From the IMG/VR virus record IMGVR_UViG_3300032247_001667: a stretch of DNA of 64,000 nt; one strand, written 5' to 3'. The notes beneath the pieces were generated by a model, which was not told where the DNA came from, searched no databases, and saw only the letters and a program-made list of their open reading frames with translations. Of the stretch, positions 47,627 to 57,617 are shown one piece after another. The first letter of the stretch is position 1, and every line of letters begins with the position of its first letter. The stretch comes from an uncultured virus (IMG/VR IMGVR_UViG_3300032247_001667) (lineage: Duplodnaviria > Heunggongvirae > Uroviricota > Caudoviricetes). The translations under genes and the position numbers were made by a program.

Positions 47627-49963
47627 TTATCCAAAAAATGGTCTAGTAGATTCTGGAGCCCAACTATAAGTTGCTCCTGCTTCTAGAATAATATTTTGTG
47701 GAGCATTATTTGGAGTATAAGTTCCTTTTCCTCCAGCTTGACCTACTCCACCTCCGCTGCCAGATCCTCCACCTCCATTACCACCACATAAAATACTAGC
47801 AGCACCCTCTCCTCCACAACAAGTTTGTGGAGTAACTCCTCCAGTATTTAATTTTCCTGCTGGAATTCCTGCTCCAGGACCACCTTCTCCACATAACCCT
47901 CCTTTATCTCCACCAACCCCTCCACCTCCTCCGATGACTCCATAATTTTCAATAATTAAAGTTACTCCAGCTCTAATAATAATAGCTTCTGTTCGTGATG
48001 AATTTGCTGCTTCAAATCCACAATATCCTTGTCCTCTTCCAGCTAATACTCCACCATTTGGATTACATCCTGCTCCATTTAGTGGGCCAACCACTAAACG
48101 TACTGTGACTCCAGCTGGCCATGTTCCAGTATCTAATGAAGGATTGTTATTTACTCCAGCGTTTGCGCTTCCAACATTTCCATATATATAAAATGTTACT
48201 TTACTTCCAGCTTCAACCGTTGGAGCAAGAGATCTTAAATTAACGTTAGTAACAGTTTGTCCAATATTACAAATAATATATTCATAATTACAAGATCCAT
48301 AAATTGGACAGTTATTATCATCGTACCCAATAATATCTTTATTCACTCCTTTGCTTGGTCCTGTTACTGTCGCGGCAGGATATCCACAACCTTGAGCATA
48401 CAATGCACTCAATCCGAATCCAGAATCTGGATGAAGAAAAGTAAAACGACTAGGATTATCTATAGCTGTAATTGTCCATGATCCATTCCCTTGACTATAA
48501 TTACAACTTGGTCTTCTTAATCCAGTTATAACCACAAGATCTCCAGTTGAATATCCATGAGGAAGAATTGTTCCAATAACTACTGGATTTGGTGGATTTA
48601 ATCTATCTACAGCAGGTAAAGTAATAATTCCAGTTATTACAAGTGCTCCAGCGCAATTTCCAGGATCTGCACAAGGAGAGCAATAATAATTTGGACAATT
48701 ATTAGAATCAACTCCACTAGCAACAGGATAACCATTTGTGCAATTTGGAGCGGATGAACATGGAGAGCATATATATGTTGGACATCCTAAAGAGTCATAA
48801 CCATTAATTTTTTGATAATAATTTTCTCCACAATTTAAATTTTGCACTGTACATCCACCTTGTCCAGTTTGTAAACATGCAGAATTAGCTTGGCCATAAG
48901 TATTATCCCCCCAACCAGTAACGTTTCCATTATCTAATAAACCTATTCCATGTTGATATCCTGCGCTTACTTTTGTAACACCAGTCAAATTATTTCCAGC
49001 AGAAGCTTGATTATAAGTATTATCACCCCAGCCAGTAGTTCTTTTATTTGCTAGTAATGCTAAACTATGAAATCCACCAGCACTAATCGCTCTTACTCCA
49101 GTCAAATTATTTCCAAAACTTGCTTGACCATAATCATTATTTCCCCATCCAGTAACTTTTAAGTTATCAAGTAAGGCTAAACTATGATAAGCTCCAGCGC
49201 TAATATCAATAACTCCTGTTAAATTATTTCCACCTAAAGCTTGAGAAAAAGTATTGTTTCCCCACCCCGTAACTTTTTTATTAGCAAGTAAAGCTAAACT
49301 ATGACCACTACCAGCAGAAACCGCAATAACACCAGTAAGATTATTTCCGCCAAAAGCTTTATTAAAATCATTATTTCCCCAACCTGTCATTGTTAAATTA
49401 GTAAAAACTGCTAAATTATGATCATATCCTGCGCTAATACCAGATATACCAGTTAAATTATTTCCATTTATAGCTTGACCACTATTATTATATCCCCATC
49501 CATAAACTTTATTATAAGCAGTTATATTTTGTGTTGTATAAATATTATATCCAGTATTGGCTGAACCAAAAACATAATTATTACCAGTATTTGATTTATA
49601 ATAACCACTTAGTATATTGTTTAAATTTATATTAACAGCTTGACCACTAGGATATCTAGATCCAGTAATTTTTAAAGATGAGTTATTAATTGAATTTGGT
49701 ATGTTTAAATTAATATCATTATTTTCGACTACTTGTATTTGTACTATTTTGTATATATTTTCAGTTTGATTTTTTGCAAAAAATACAGAACTTTTTGTTT
49801 GTTGTTTTATTGGAGTTCCATATATATAACCATCTGGTTTATATATTGTCATGCCATCTGGAAGATTAACTGCATCATATCCAGTAACATAACCAATCGA
49901 ATTTATCTTAAAATAAGAAAATTGATCTTTGATTAGATTATGTTTAGAATTTAATATGTTCAT
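47627..49963 (-). CDS. RCC1-repeat protein with Cys-rich repeats and Gly-rich (gp38-like) C-terminus; candidate receptor-binding protein
   Basis: RCC1 repeats; DxxxCPxYxC repeats; IIENYGVIGGGGGVGG; ATG 49963 overlaps the upstream TGA (ATGA). Confidence 0.7.
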   Translation of the reverse strand: MNILNSKHNLIKDQFSYFKINSIGYVTGYDAVNLPDGMTIYKPDGYIYGTPIKQQTKSSVFFAKNQTENIYKIVQIQVVENNDINLNIPNSINNSSLKITGSRYPSGQAVNINLNNILSGYYKSNTGNNYVFGSANTGYNIYTTQNITAYNKVYGWGYNNSGQAINGNNLTGISGISAGYDHNLAVFTNLTMTGWGNNDFNKAFGGNNLTGVIAVSAGSGHSLALLANKKVTGWGNNTFSQALGGNNLTGVIDISAGAYHSLALLDNLKVTGWGNNDYGQASFGNNLTGVRAISAGGFHSLALLANKRTTGWGDNTYNQASAGNNLTGVTKVSAGYQHGIGLLDNGNVTGWGDNTYGQANSACLQTGQGGCTVQNLNCGENYYQKINGYDSLGCPTYICSPCSSAPNCTNGYPVASGVDSNNCPNYYCSPCADPGNCAGALVITGIITLPAVDRLNPPNPVVIGTILPHGYSTGDLVVITGLRRPSCNYSQGNGSWTITAIDNPSRFTFLHPDSGFGLSALYAQGCGYPAATVTGPSKGVNKDIIGYDDNNCPIYGSCNYEYIICNIGQTVTNVNLRSLAPTVEAGSKVTFYIYGNVGSANAGVNNNPSLDTGTWPAGVTVRLVVGPLNGAGCNPNGGVLAGRGQGYCGFEAANSSRTEAIIIRAGVTLIIENYGVIGGGGGVGGDKGGLCGEGGPGAGIPAGKLNTGGVTPQTCCGGEGAASILCGGNGGGGSGSGGGVGQAGGKGTYTPNNAPQNIILEAGATYSWAPESTRPFFG

Positions 49964-51021
49964 AGTTGAAATGAGATAGGAATTATACCTTGACCAACAC
50001 ATATATTCTTAAATGTTTCATTACCAGGTGTGCCATCAACTGTAAACTCTTGACGAGCTATTGTTAATTGAGCTATTCCTTCGTGACATCCACCATTTAA
50101 ATTACATTTAATATAAAGATATGCTGTACAATCTTCTCTTAATTTAATAGGCTGATATGTGTCGCCATTTACAGTTACATCTTCTACAAGCCAATCTCTC
50201 ATCGCCATAAAAAGAGTGCTTCGTTGTACTGGAAAATAATTTCCAACTCTATCGCCTCCATCTGAACCATTATTAAGATTAAAAGTACCAAGCCAATTTA
50301 CACATTTTTCAATACCTGCAGTGTCGTTAGTTTGGATAGCTGTAAGAGCTTCTTTTGTTTGTGGAATAGCGAAACCAAATTTAAATACAGCTCTGTCACA
50401 ATTATGTCCTCCACCACAAGGTCCATTATTTAAATATTGGAATCGAAGTGATAAGCTATCATTTAAATCACATAGACATTTTTTGCAACCTTCTTTTTCA
50501 GCATAAGCGACATTCAGATCATCATAAACTTCCCAAGATATCCATGCTGGATCATTTCCAAAACCTTTTGTGCCACGGTGCCATCCTCCGTTTGGACCAT
50601 AATAACCTCTTAAGCGATAATCTTTATATAACGGCTGTTTTGGTCCAATAAAATTAGGACTTTCTGCAAAAAATGGCGTTGCTAGTTCTTTATCATGCGC
50701 TGTTGCTTCTTCAGACGTTTTTGCTTCGTATCTAGTTTCGCAATCCCAAGAAAATATTTTCGTTTGATTGTACTCTTCTGGACAAACATTTTTTAAATCA
50801 TAATTTCTCTTTGGTTTTTTATCTTCGCTTGGACATTTACATTCACAATTTATAACATCAGAAGGAAGTCTTTGCGTTGGCGTATTTCCTGCTCCACGAA
50901 TTGATATTTCTAATATTTCTGCTTGAGGATCCATCCAACTAGTTACAGCAGAACATGTTTCTAGCACTACTTCAAATTCTACTGAGCTTGGAGTTGATAT
51001 TATATTATCTGGTAGTATCAT
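49960..51021 (-). CDS. Cys-rich hypothetical protein
   Basis: 353-aa ORF with CECKC, CKKCLC, CGGGHNC. Confidence 0.7.
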   Translation of the reverse strand: MILPDNIISTPSSVEFEVVLETCSAVTSWMDPQAEILEISIRGAGNTPTQRLPSDVINCECKCPSEDKKPKRNYDLKNVCPEEYNQTKIFSWDCETRYEAKTSEEATAHDKELATPFFAESPNFIGPKQPLYKDYRLRGYYGPNGGWHRGTKGFGNDPAWISWEVYDDLNVAYAEKEGCKKCLCDLNDSLSLRFQYLNNGPCGGGHNCDRAVFKFGFAIPQTKEALTAIQTNDTAGIEKCVNWLGTFNLNNGSDGGDRVGNYFPVQRSTLFMAMRDWLVEDVTVNGDTYQPIKLREDCTAYLYIKCNLNGGCHEGIAQLTIARQEFTVDGTPGNETFKNICVGQGIIPISFQL

Positions 51022-51052
51022 GAATGTTCCTTTTTCCTATTTTAAATTACAC
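51022..51052 (-). promoter_or_regulatory. GTGTAA-N8-AGG-N4-AGG element
   Basis: Reverse complement GTGTAA TTTAAAAT AGG AAAA AGG AACATTC ATG. Confidence 0.8.
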
Positions 51053-51060
51053 TTATAATT

Positions 51061-54000
51061 TTATTTTCCAAATCCTCTAGTAGCAGGTGGAATATTACTT
51101 CCTATGGGAGCTGTGTCAAGACCAGGACTTGGAAGATTAGTTCCTATTGGAGTGTTGCCTCCAAAAAAGTCATATGGAGTATTTGTTTTTCTACTAATAT
51201 CTCCTGCGGGTATGGTTAATTCTACTTCTTTGCTAACAATTATTGGTACTAAACCTCTCTTAAGCGTAGCTCTAACTTCTACTGTAACTTTTCTCTCGAT
51301 GCAATTTGGATTAAATACTACGCCTTTTATTTTAAGTTTTCCTGGAGATGTACATGAGCATTTAAGATCTGATGTTTTTGATATTTGCGGTTGGTCTATC
51401 CATTCATAACTTAATATGCCTGCGTTTAAAAACAGTTCTCTATATTCTTGGCTACAATCTGCTGTAATATTTCCTCTAGTTGGATCTTGAGTTGGTCCAG
51501 GACCTGGTTCTTTTTGAGGTCCTCCTCCGCCACCACCAAAAGTTGGTTTAGCTTGATCATTTTTATCAAGATTATCAACTTCTATAATAGGAATTTTTGT
51601 ATAATCTGGAATTGGCACACCTGTTCCTGCGTCAGGAATAATATTTCCAGATGATGAAAATGATGGTAGCGATATTGTTACTTGAGGTAAAGAAAAATCT
51701 ATTCCAACTTGTCCAGCTCTGGTATCTTTTCCAGATATAACTGGATATTTTTTATCACAAACGGTGTATATTTTTTCTTTGCTTAATGGAATTAATGAAT
51801 TATAATCAGAAAAAGAGTCTACATTAGAAGGGTCTGGTGAGCATGTATAGTATGTTCCACCTCCAAATTTAGCTATATCTTTTAAAAATTCACTTGTAAA
51901 ATCTAGTGAGCTATTGTTTGCATATTGGCAATTTAATGTATTGAAAATAATTCCACTAGAGTTATAGATATTCCCAATATATTGTAAAAATTCATTTTTT
52001 GTATAACCAGTTAATGAGATACGATTAGTTACAATGTTTATATTTCTTACGCCGCTACTATTCCAATTTAATTTTCTAGCTGCTTCTATTGCTTCGATTA
52101 TTCTATTGTCTGGAGTATAATTTGCATCTTGATCTGAATATGGAGCAGTAGTTAATGCAGTTATATAATTATCAGTATATCCTGTTCCAGTTAAGAAGTT
52201 GTGACCATATATTCCAGTTTTTGTATAAAATATATTAGCATTTTGATTAAATCCACTTCCGTAATATCTAAAATAATCAATATTAAGTGATACTTGCCCA
52301 GTAAATGTATTAATATTTAATTTATTATAATAATTTTTATCTACAATATTTGCAATTTGAATTGGAACTCTACATAAACTTTTACCAGTTGGAGCAGTGC
52401 TGTTATTAACATATTTAACTCTAGCTTTGTAATCTCCTTGAGATAATCCAGTACAGAATGTTATATCATTTTGTATGGCTATAAAACTACTTTCATAAAA
52501 ACCACTATATGCACCACCATCAATTTTCTTACTTAAAATTAAATTATAAAAAATATCTCTAGATGGAGATAGTTGAATTGGAACATTATTTTGTTTTAAA
52601 TTTAAATTGAATTTTTCTAATGAACCAGTTACGTTAAAATTAACTTCTGAGAAATAGTTTTGACCATCATCCTCAAGAATAACAAGATCAAAATTAATAT
52701 TATTAACAATATAATCTGAAGTATTTTGCTCAACTACGACATCATTTGCAGAGAACAAATGCTCCCATCTTCCACTATTTTGACAAGTTCCTACGATGTT
52801 AGAAAAATATCCACTTCCAACACCAAATATATGAGTTCTAATACCAGTATCATTTAATAAATAATAAGATTCTTGATCGAATGAATAATTGATTCCAGTT
52901 TCTAAAGTTTTAGTTTTAAGCTCATAAGTCCCAGTAGGTTTTATAACTACAAATTTTGGTAATGCTTGATCTAAGATTTTTCCAGGTTCATCACATTGAC
53001 CAGTTATAACATATAACTCTACATTCCCAGTAGTTGTTGCTGTTGCTATAAATCCAGATGGTATTGCTGAATTAGTATCACATAAACTTAAATAAGCAGA
53101 ACCACTAACTAATCCAGATAAATCATAAGCATAAGATATATATTTTCTATTTTGGCTAACATTACAATTTAATATTCCTAAATTTCCAGTTATAATATCT
53201 TCTTCATCTGTTGCTCTTGATTCGCCAGTTATTCCACTAAAATTTTTAACAAAAGTATAGTAACCTTGATCAAAATCTATAAAAAATTCGGCGTTAACTT
53301 TTCCAGTTGGTCCAATTCCAGATTGATATCCAGTTGCTACTATCTTATATGGATCAGAAGCTACGACAACAGAATCTTTTGGTGGAGTAAATGAAAAGTT
53401 TTTACCACTATATTGAGCGCTACTTAAAATTATTCCAGTAAGCGCTCCAGTATAAAGTAATTGTGCTAAATTTGGAAAATATCCATCAACAATTCCAGTT
53501 GCAATAAATCCACTATTGTTTTGATTGTATGCAATTCCACTTCCAGTAAAAGGATAAGGATTAACTGCTACTGTTAATCCTCCAACATATGGCACATTTC
53601 CAGTAACTAAAATTTTTACTTTTCCACTAGCAAAAACGTCTTGATATACATAACCAGATCCTAAACCATAACCAGTTATAATATAGTTTCCTTGAGAGTA
53701 TCCAGTTGCTACTTTAAATTGTTGAGCATAAAATCCGCTATCAGTTACATATTGAACATTATTTAAGAAATCATTTCCACCACTAAACAATACTCCAGTA
53801 GCTACATAACTAGAAATATATCCAGATCCAGTCAAATAACCACTTAAAGTTCCATTAAATTTTCCTGTAGCAGATAAAAATCCAGTTACATTACCAGTTA
53901 ATCCACTAACATAACTTAAACTTAATTGAACATTAGCCCCAGAAACATATCCATAACTTAAAGAGTAATCTTTTGGAGTATTAACGAAAATTTGATCATA

Positions 54001-54768
54001 ACCAGTTTGAACATTTGGAAATCCAGTAATTGCTGGAGAAACATCAAAGAATAAGAAGAATAATGGAATTACTTCACCACTAATTGATATTGTTTTTGTA
54101 AAATTACCAAAATTAGTATAAAATAATGCATCAAAAGTATCATTAACAAGAGCATCTATTCCTGTGCTACTATTAATTAAATAAGTTCCAGTATTATTAA
54201 ATGTAATTGGAAAACCATCTAAACTATAAGTATCAGTTTTACTTGTGGCTACAGCAGAGAATATCTTTACTTCTAAATTTGGATTTTGATTTACTAATAT
54301 ACCAGTTAAAGTTTTAGTAACAAAAGGATTATTTTTATCATCAACAATTATATTGTAATCTTTAATCTTAGGAGTTGTAACTACTGAAGAAAGTTCTGTA
54401 TATCCTCCAGTTAAACTAAAGTTGTAATCCAAAGAACAGCCTATTGGATTTAGATAAAAATAATTAAAATTATAGCCAGTATTAGGTATATTTGAATAAA
54501 TTAAAGTATTATCAATAGTTAATGTTTCTCTACCAGAAACTATACTTCCATTTATGCTTAATTCTCTATTTGCAATATATCCAATTACGATATTATCATT
54601 AGCATCTTTAATTTTACCATATTGGTTTTTAAAAGTTAATTTACTATTAGTTCCACTAAATCCAAACTCAAAATAACCAGTATTATTGTTTGCTGTTAGA
54701 TTTAAATTATAATTAAAATCACCAGTTTGATTCAAGAAATTAATAGATCTAAATTGATTAGTTGTCAT
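51061..54768 (-). CDS. Large (S/T)G-rich tail/virion protein with a vWA-like segment
   Basis: EAIEAARKLNWNSSGVRNINIVTN...FLKDIAKFGGGTY resembles the vWA C-terminal half. Confidence 0.65.
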   Translation of the reverse strand: MTTNQFRSINFLNQTGDFNYNLNLTANNNTGYFEFGFSGTNSKLTFKNQYGKIKDANDNIVIGYIANRELSINGSIVSGRETLTIDNTLIYSNIPNTGYNFNYFYLNPIGCSLDYNFSLTGGYTELSSVVTTPKIKDYNIIVDDKNNPFVTKTLTGILVNQNPNLEVKIFSAVATSKTDTYSLDGFPITFNNTGTYLINSSTGIDALVNDTFDALFYTNFGNFTKTISISGEVIPLFFLFFDVSPAITGFPNVQTGYDQIFVNTPKDYSLSYGYVSGANVQLSLSYVSGLTGNVTGFLSATGKFNGTLSGYLTGSGYISSYVATGVLFSGGNDFLNNVQYVTDSGFYAQQFKVATGYSQGNYIITGYGLGSGYVYQDVFASGKVKILVTGNVPYVGGLTVAVNPYPFTGSGIAYNQNNSGFIATGIVDGYFPNLAQLLYTGALTGIILSSAQYSGKNFSFTPPKDSVVVASDPYKIVATGYQSGIGPTGKVNAEFFIDFDQGYYTFVKNFSGITGESRATDEEDIITGNLGILNCNVSQNRKYISYAYDLSGLVSGSAYLSLCDTNSAIPSGFIATATTTGNVELYVITGQCDEPGKILDQALPKFVVIKPTGTYELKTKTLETGINYSFDQESYYLLNDTGIRTHIFGVGSGYFSNIVGTCQNSGRWEHLFSANDVVVEQNTSDYIVNNINFDLVILEDDGQNYFSEVNFNVTGSLEKFNLNLKQNNVPIQLSPSRDIFYNLILSKKIDGGAYSGFYESSFIAIQNDITFCTGLSQGDYKARVKYVNNSTAPTGKSLCRVPIQIANIVDKNYYNKLNINTFTGQVSLNIDYFRYYGSGFNQNANIFYTKTGIYGHNFLTGTGYTDNYITALTTAPYSDQDANYTPDNRIIEAIEAARKLNWNSSGVRNINIVTNRISLTGYTKNEFLQYIGNIYNSSGIIFNTLNCQYANNSSLDFTSEFLKDIAKFGGGTYYTCSPDPSNVDSFSDYNSLIPLSKEKIYTVCDKKYPVISGKDTRAGQVGIDFSLPQVTISLPSFSSSGNIIPDAGTGVPIPDYTKIPIIEVDNLDKNDQAKPTFGGGGGGPQKEPGPGPTQDPTRGNITADCSQEYRELFLNAGILSYEWIDQPQISKTSDLKCSCTSPGKLKIKGVVFNPNCIERKVTVEVRATLKRGLVPIIVSKEVELTIPAGDISRKTNTPYDFFGGNTPIGTNLPSPGLDTAPIGSNIPPATRGFGK

Positions 54769-57617
54769 TAGTTTATTGTTGTTGGTGTTTCTGGCGCACG
54801 TTGTTGAGTTTGATTATAAGCAAATCCTGCTCGTAATATATCTAAACTTAAAGGTTCAGCAAAACTATTTCCAAATGATATAGAACAAACTCCGCCCTCT
54901 GAACTATATGTATAATTTAATTCCTCTAAACCAAGATTTAAAGCTGTTCTTAGATCAATATCAGGTATTCCTTTTAATTTAAAACTTAATTTTTTACGAT
55001 TCTCTAATATACTATGTGTTTGTCTTAAATTATATTCCTCGTGAATTCTTTTTAAAGTTGCTTCATTTGGATAACAAGTTGATGATAAAGCTTCAAAATC
55101 ATTATCTGTTATATTGAGATAATTTAATTCAAATTTTGAAGTATTTTGATTAAATGTATTTGGAAGATTAGATTGAATGCTTTGTATTTTTCCAAGTTCT
55201 TTAGATTGATTAAATTTTTGAGTAACTAAAATTCTAAATGCTGGATCTCTATTTTTAATATAATCATCACAGGGATTATCGTTATTTTTATCTCCTTCTT
55301 GTGGCTCTTCTCCAATTAGTGATAATGGTGGAGCAAAAATTTTAAATGTTTTATCAATTGTTAATGTACTACAAGTTTTATCTATTAAACCAGGAATAGT
55401 ATTTTTATCTGTTGCTGCATTTGGACTTACTTCTTTTCCTAATCTTTCAGTTGGATGTTGAGCCTTATTATACTCCCATTTATGATCGAAAAATCCAGGA
55501 ATCATAGCATATAATTTAATATTTCCTGGTAATGGATCTACTGAGCCGTCAGTAGTTGTTGCTGTAACATTTGTTTTCAATACTTCATCAAGTTCTGGTG
55601 GATAAGCTACTGCTCCAACTCCACCACCTCCTTCAGTTCCATATTCAGATAAAGCATAATTCTTATATTTTTCAAAAACACTTTTATAAGTTTCTGTATT
55701 ATCTGGTTTTGGTGACCATTGAGGTTCTCTATCTACAATAAGAACACTTGGACCAAAATATGGTTTTTTTTGTGTATCCAGCGGTGGTTCTTTTGGTTGT
55801 TCATTTGTTTCTAAATTTTTAAATGGACTAACTGGTGGATTATTAGTTTGAGCGCCTTTACCTTTATCATCAAGTAGATTTCCTTCTTTATATGGATAAA
55901 CTAAGCATCCAAGATATCCAGCTGGATCATATGGATATTTTTGAAATGGAAGATTGTTAACATCGTACCCTCTTCCAATCATATCAACTGAAGCTCCATC
56001 TCCTCCAAAAAGATCTGTATTTTGCCTTATGGTTGCTGCATCACCAGTTATTCCGCAAAGCTTAACAAAACCTTCTCTTACGTAAAACCTTCCAAAAGAT
56101 TCAAATACTTTCTTTTCAAAATCTATTCTTTTATCATATAATTCTTTTTCATGATAAGCAATTACATAATATCCTTTATTTTTAATGAATTGATTTCTTG
56201 TAATATCATCTGAAATTCTGCTAGTTAAATAATCATATTGTTGACAAGCTAATTTCTCTTCTGTGCTTAATTTTTCTATAGCTGCAGGTGTTAAATTTCC
56301 AGTATTTTCAATAACTTGAATAATTGTTAAATTTCCCATCTCTGGTATTTTTTTATCAATTCCTTCAAAAAATCCAGTGCTTCTATTTGCTGATCCTTTT
56401 CCTAACTCAAATTTTTGCTTCATGTTTCTAGCTTGAGTAGAATCAGTAATACCATAAATATATCTCATCCAAAAAGCCTCTCTCATTTCTTCTGAATATG
56501 TAGCTAAAATTGCAGAAGTAGTATCATCTCTCCAATCTATTTTAACAGTTCCTAATGCAGCTCTACTTTGCCTTTTTCTTGCTCCCTGTATATCAAAATC
56601 AGAAACAGTTGGCAAAACAACAGATTGACTTTTTTCACATGCATAAGGTTTTGTTTGACCATTTCTTTCATAAAGAGATATAGATCCATAAGAAACAGTA
56701 TTCTCCATAGATTCTTCGATATCTTTAGATAATATTTTTATATTTGAATTATCTACTATAGCATTAATTGCACTTTCATTTAATTTAACATCTGCTGTTA
56801 AATCTTTAAAAAATAATTTATTTGCTACTGGATCAAAAATTGCAGCAAGTTTTAAATCTCCGCACCATTGATCTAATACTTGTTTTAAAGTTCCCGTGTA
56901 ACTTTTTAAGAATTTTTTAATTTTATCTTCTGGTAGATCTGGTTTTTCTACTGTTAAATTTATGCCAGCGTTCCCAACGATAGCAGTTATTCCATCTAAT
57001 AATTCAAAAAATGTATAAGCTACATCAAAAACTTTTTGATAGCTTAATTTATCGCATTTATCTTCTTTACTATATTTATCAGTTGGACAATTTGGGCAAG
57101 GATCACATGGATCTATTGCTGTATTTAATTCGTTATAATTTAATTCTCCATCTTTATTAACATCACAAGGATGAAGTTCTCTTCCAAGAATTATGAAATT
57201 ATTATCTATCGTATAAGGTTGATAATAGTTAGCTATTTTTCTACCACGTTTAGTTTTTATGTTTTTATTTGGAATAGCCCAAAATTTTTTAATTAAACCA
57301 ACGTAAATTTTCTCTAAAATAAAACTACCATCTATAAATTCTATTTCTAATATCTTACCTTGAGATGATTCTTTTTTGCTATATTTAATAGGATACATAT
57401 TTAAATTAATAGTTCCTATTTTAATTTGACTTGGTTGCAGTACAGTTAATACTGGAGTTGAATAAACTCCATCTTCATTTATAACACTTACTGATAATCT
57501 AGAAGGTTCTTTGCCTATGCTTGGTTGAAAATTTACATCATAAATATAGCCTCTTAGGTATTTATTACTACCATTAACTGTAACAGTATCTATTGTTTTA
57601 TAGACTGAGACTGACAT
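54768..57617 (-). CDS. Probable baseplate hub/tail-associated protein
   Basis: Position downstream of the tape-measure region; YTGTLKQVLDQWCGDL resembles hub proteins. Confidence 0.5.
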   Translation of the reverse strand: MSVSVYKTIDTVTVNGSNKYLRGYIYDVNFQPSIGKEPSRLSVSVINEDGVYSTPVLTVLQPSQIKIGTINLNMYPIKYSKKESSQGKILEIEFIDGSFILEKIYVGLIKKFWAIPNKNIKTKRGRKIANYYQPYTIDNNFIILGRELHPCDVNKDGELNYNELNTAIDPCDPCPNCPTDKYSKEDKCDKLSYQKVFDVAYTFFELLDGITAIVGNAGINLTVEKPDLPEDKIKKFLKSYTGTLKQVLDQWCGDLKLAAIFDPVANKLFFKDLTADVKLNESAINAIVDNSNIKILSKDIEESMENTVSYGSISLYERNGQTKPYACEKSQSVVLPTVSDFDIQGARKRQSRAALGTVKIDWRDDTTSAILATYSEEMREAFWMRYIYGITDSTQARNMKQKFELGKGSANRSTGFFEGIDKKIPEMGNLTIIQVIENTGNLTPAAIEKLSTEEKLACQQYDYLTSRISDDITRNQFIKNKGYYVIAYHEKELYDKRIDFEKKVFESFGRFYVREGFVKLCGITGDAATIRQNTDLFGGDGASVDMIGRGYDVNNLPFQKYPYDPAGYLGCLVYPYKEGNLLDDKGKGAQTNNPPVSPFKNLETNEQPKEPPLDTQKKPYFGPSVLIVDREPQWSPKPDNTETYKSVFEKYKNYALSEYGTEGGGGVGAVAYPPELDEVLKTNVTATTTDGSVDPLPGNIKLYAMIPGFFDHKWEYNKAQHPTERLGKEVSPNAATDKNTIPGLIDKTCSTLTIDKTFKIFAPPLSLIGEEPQEGDKNNDNPCDDYIKNRDPAFRILVTQKFNQSKELGKIQSIQSNLPNTFNQNTSKFELNYLNITDNDFEALSSTCYPNEATLKRIHEEYNLRQTHSILENRKKLSFKLKGIPDIDLRTALNLGLEELNYTYSSEGGVCSISFGNSFAEPLSLDILRAGFAYNQTQQRAPETPTTIN

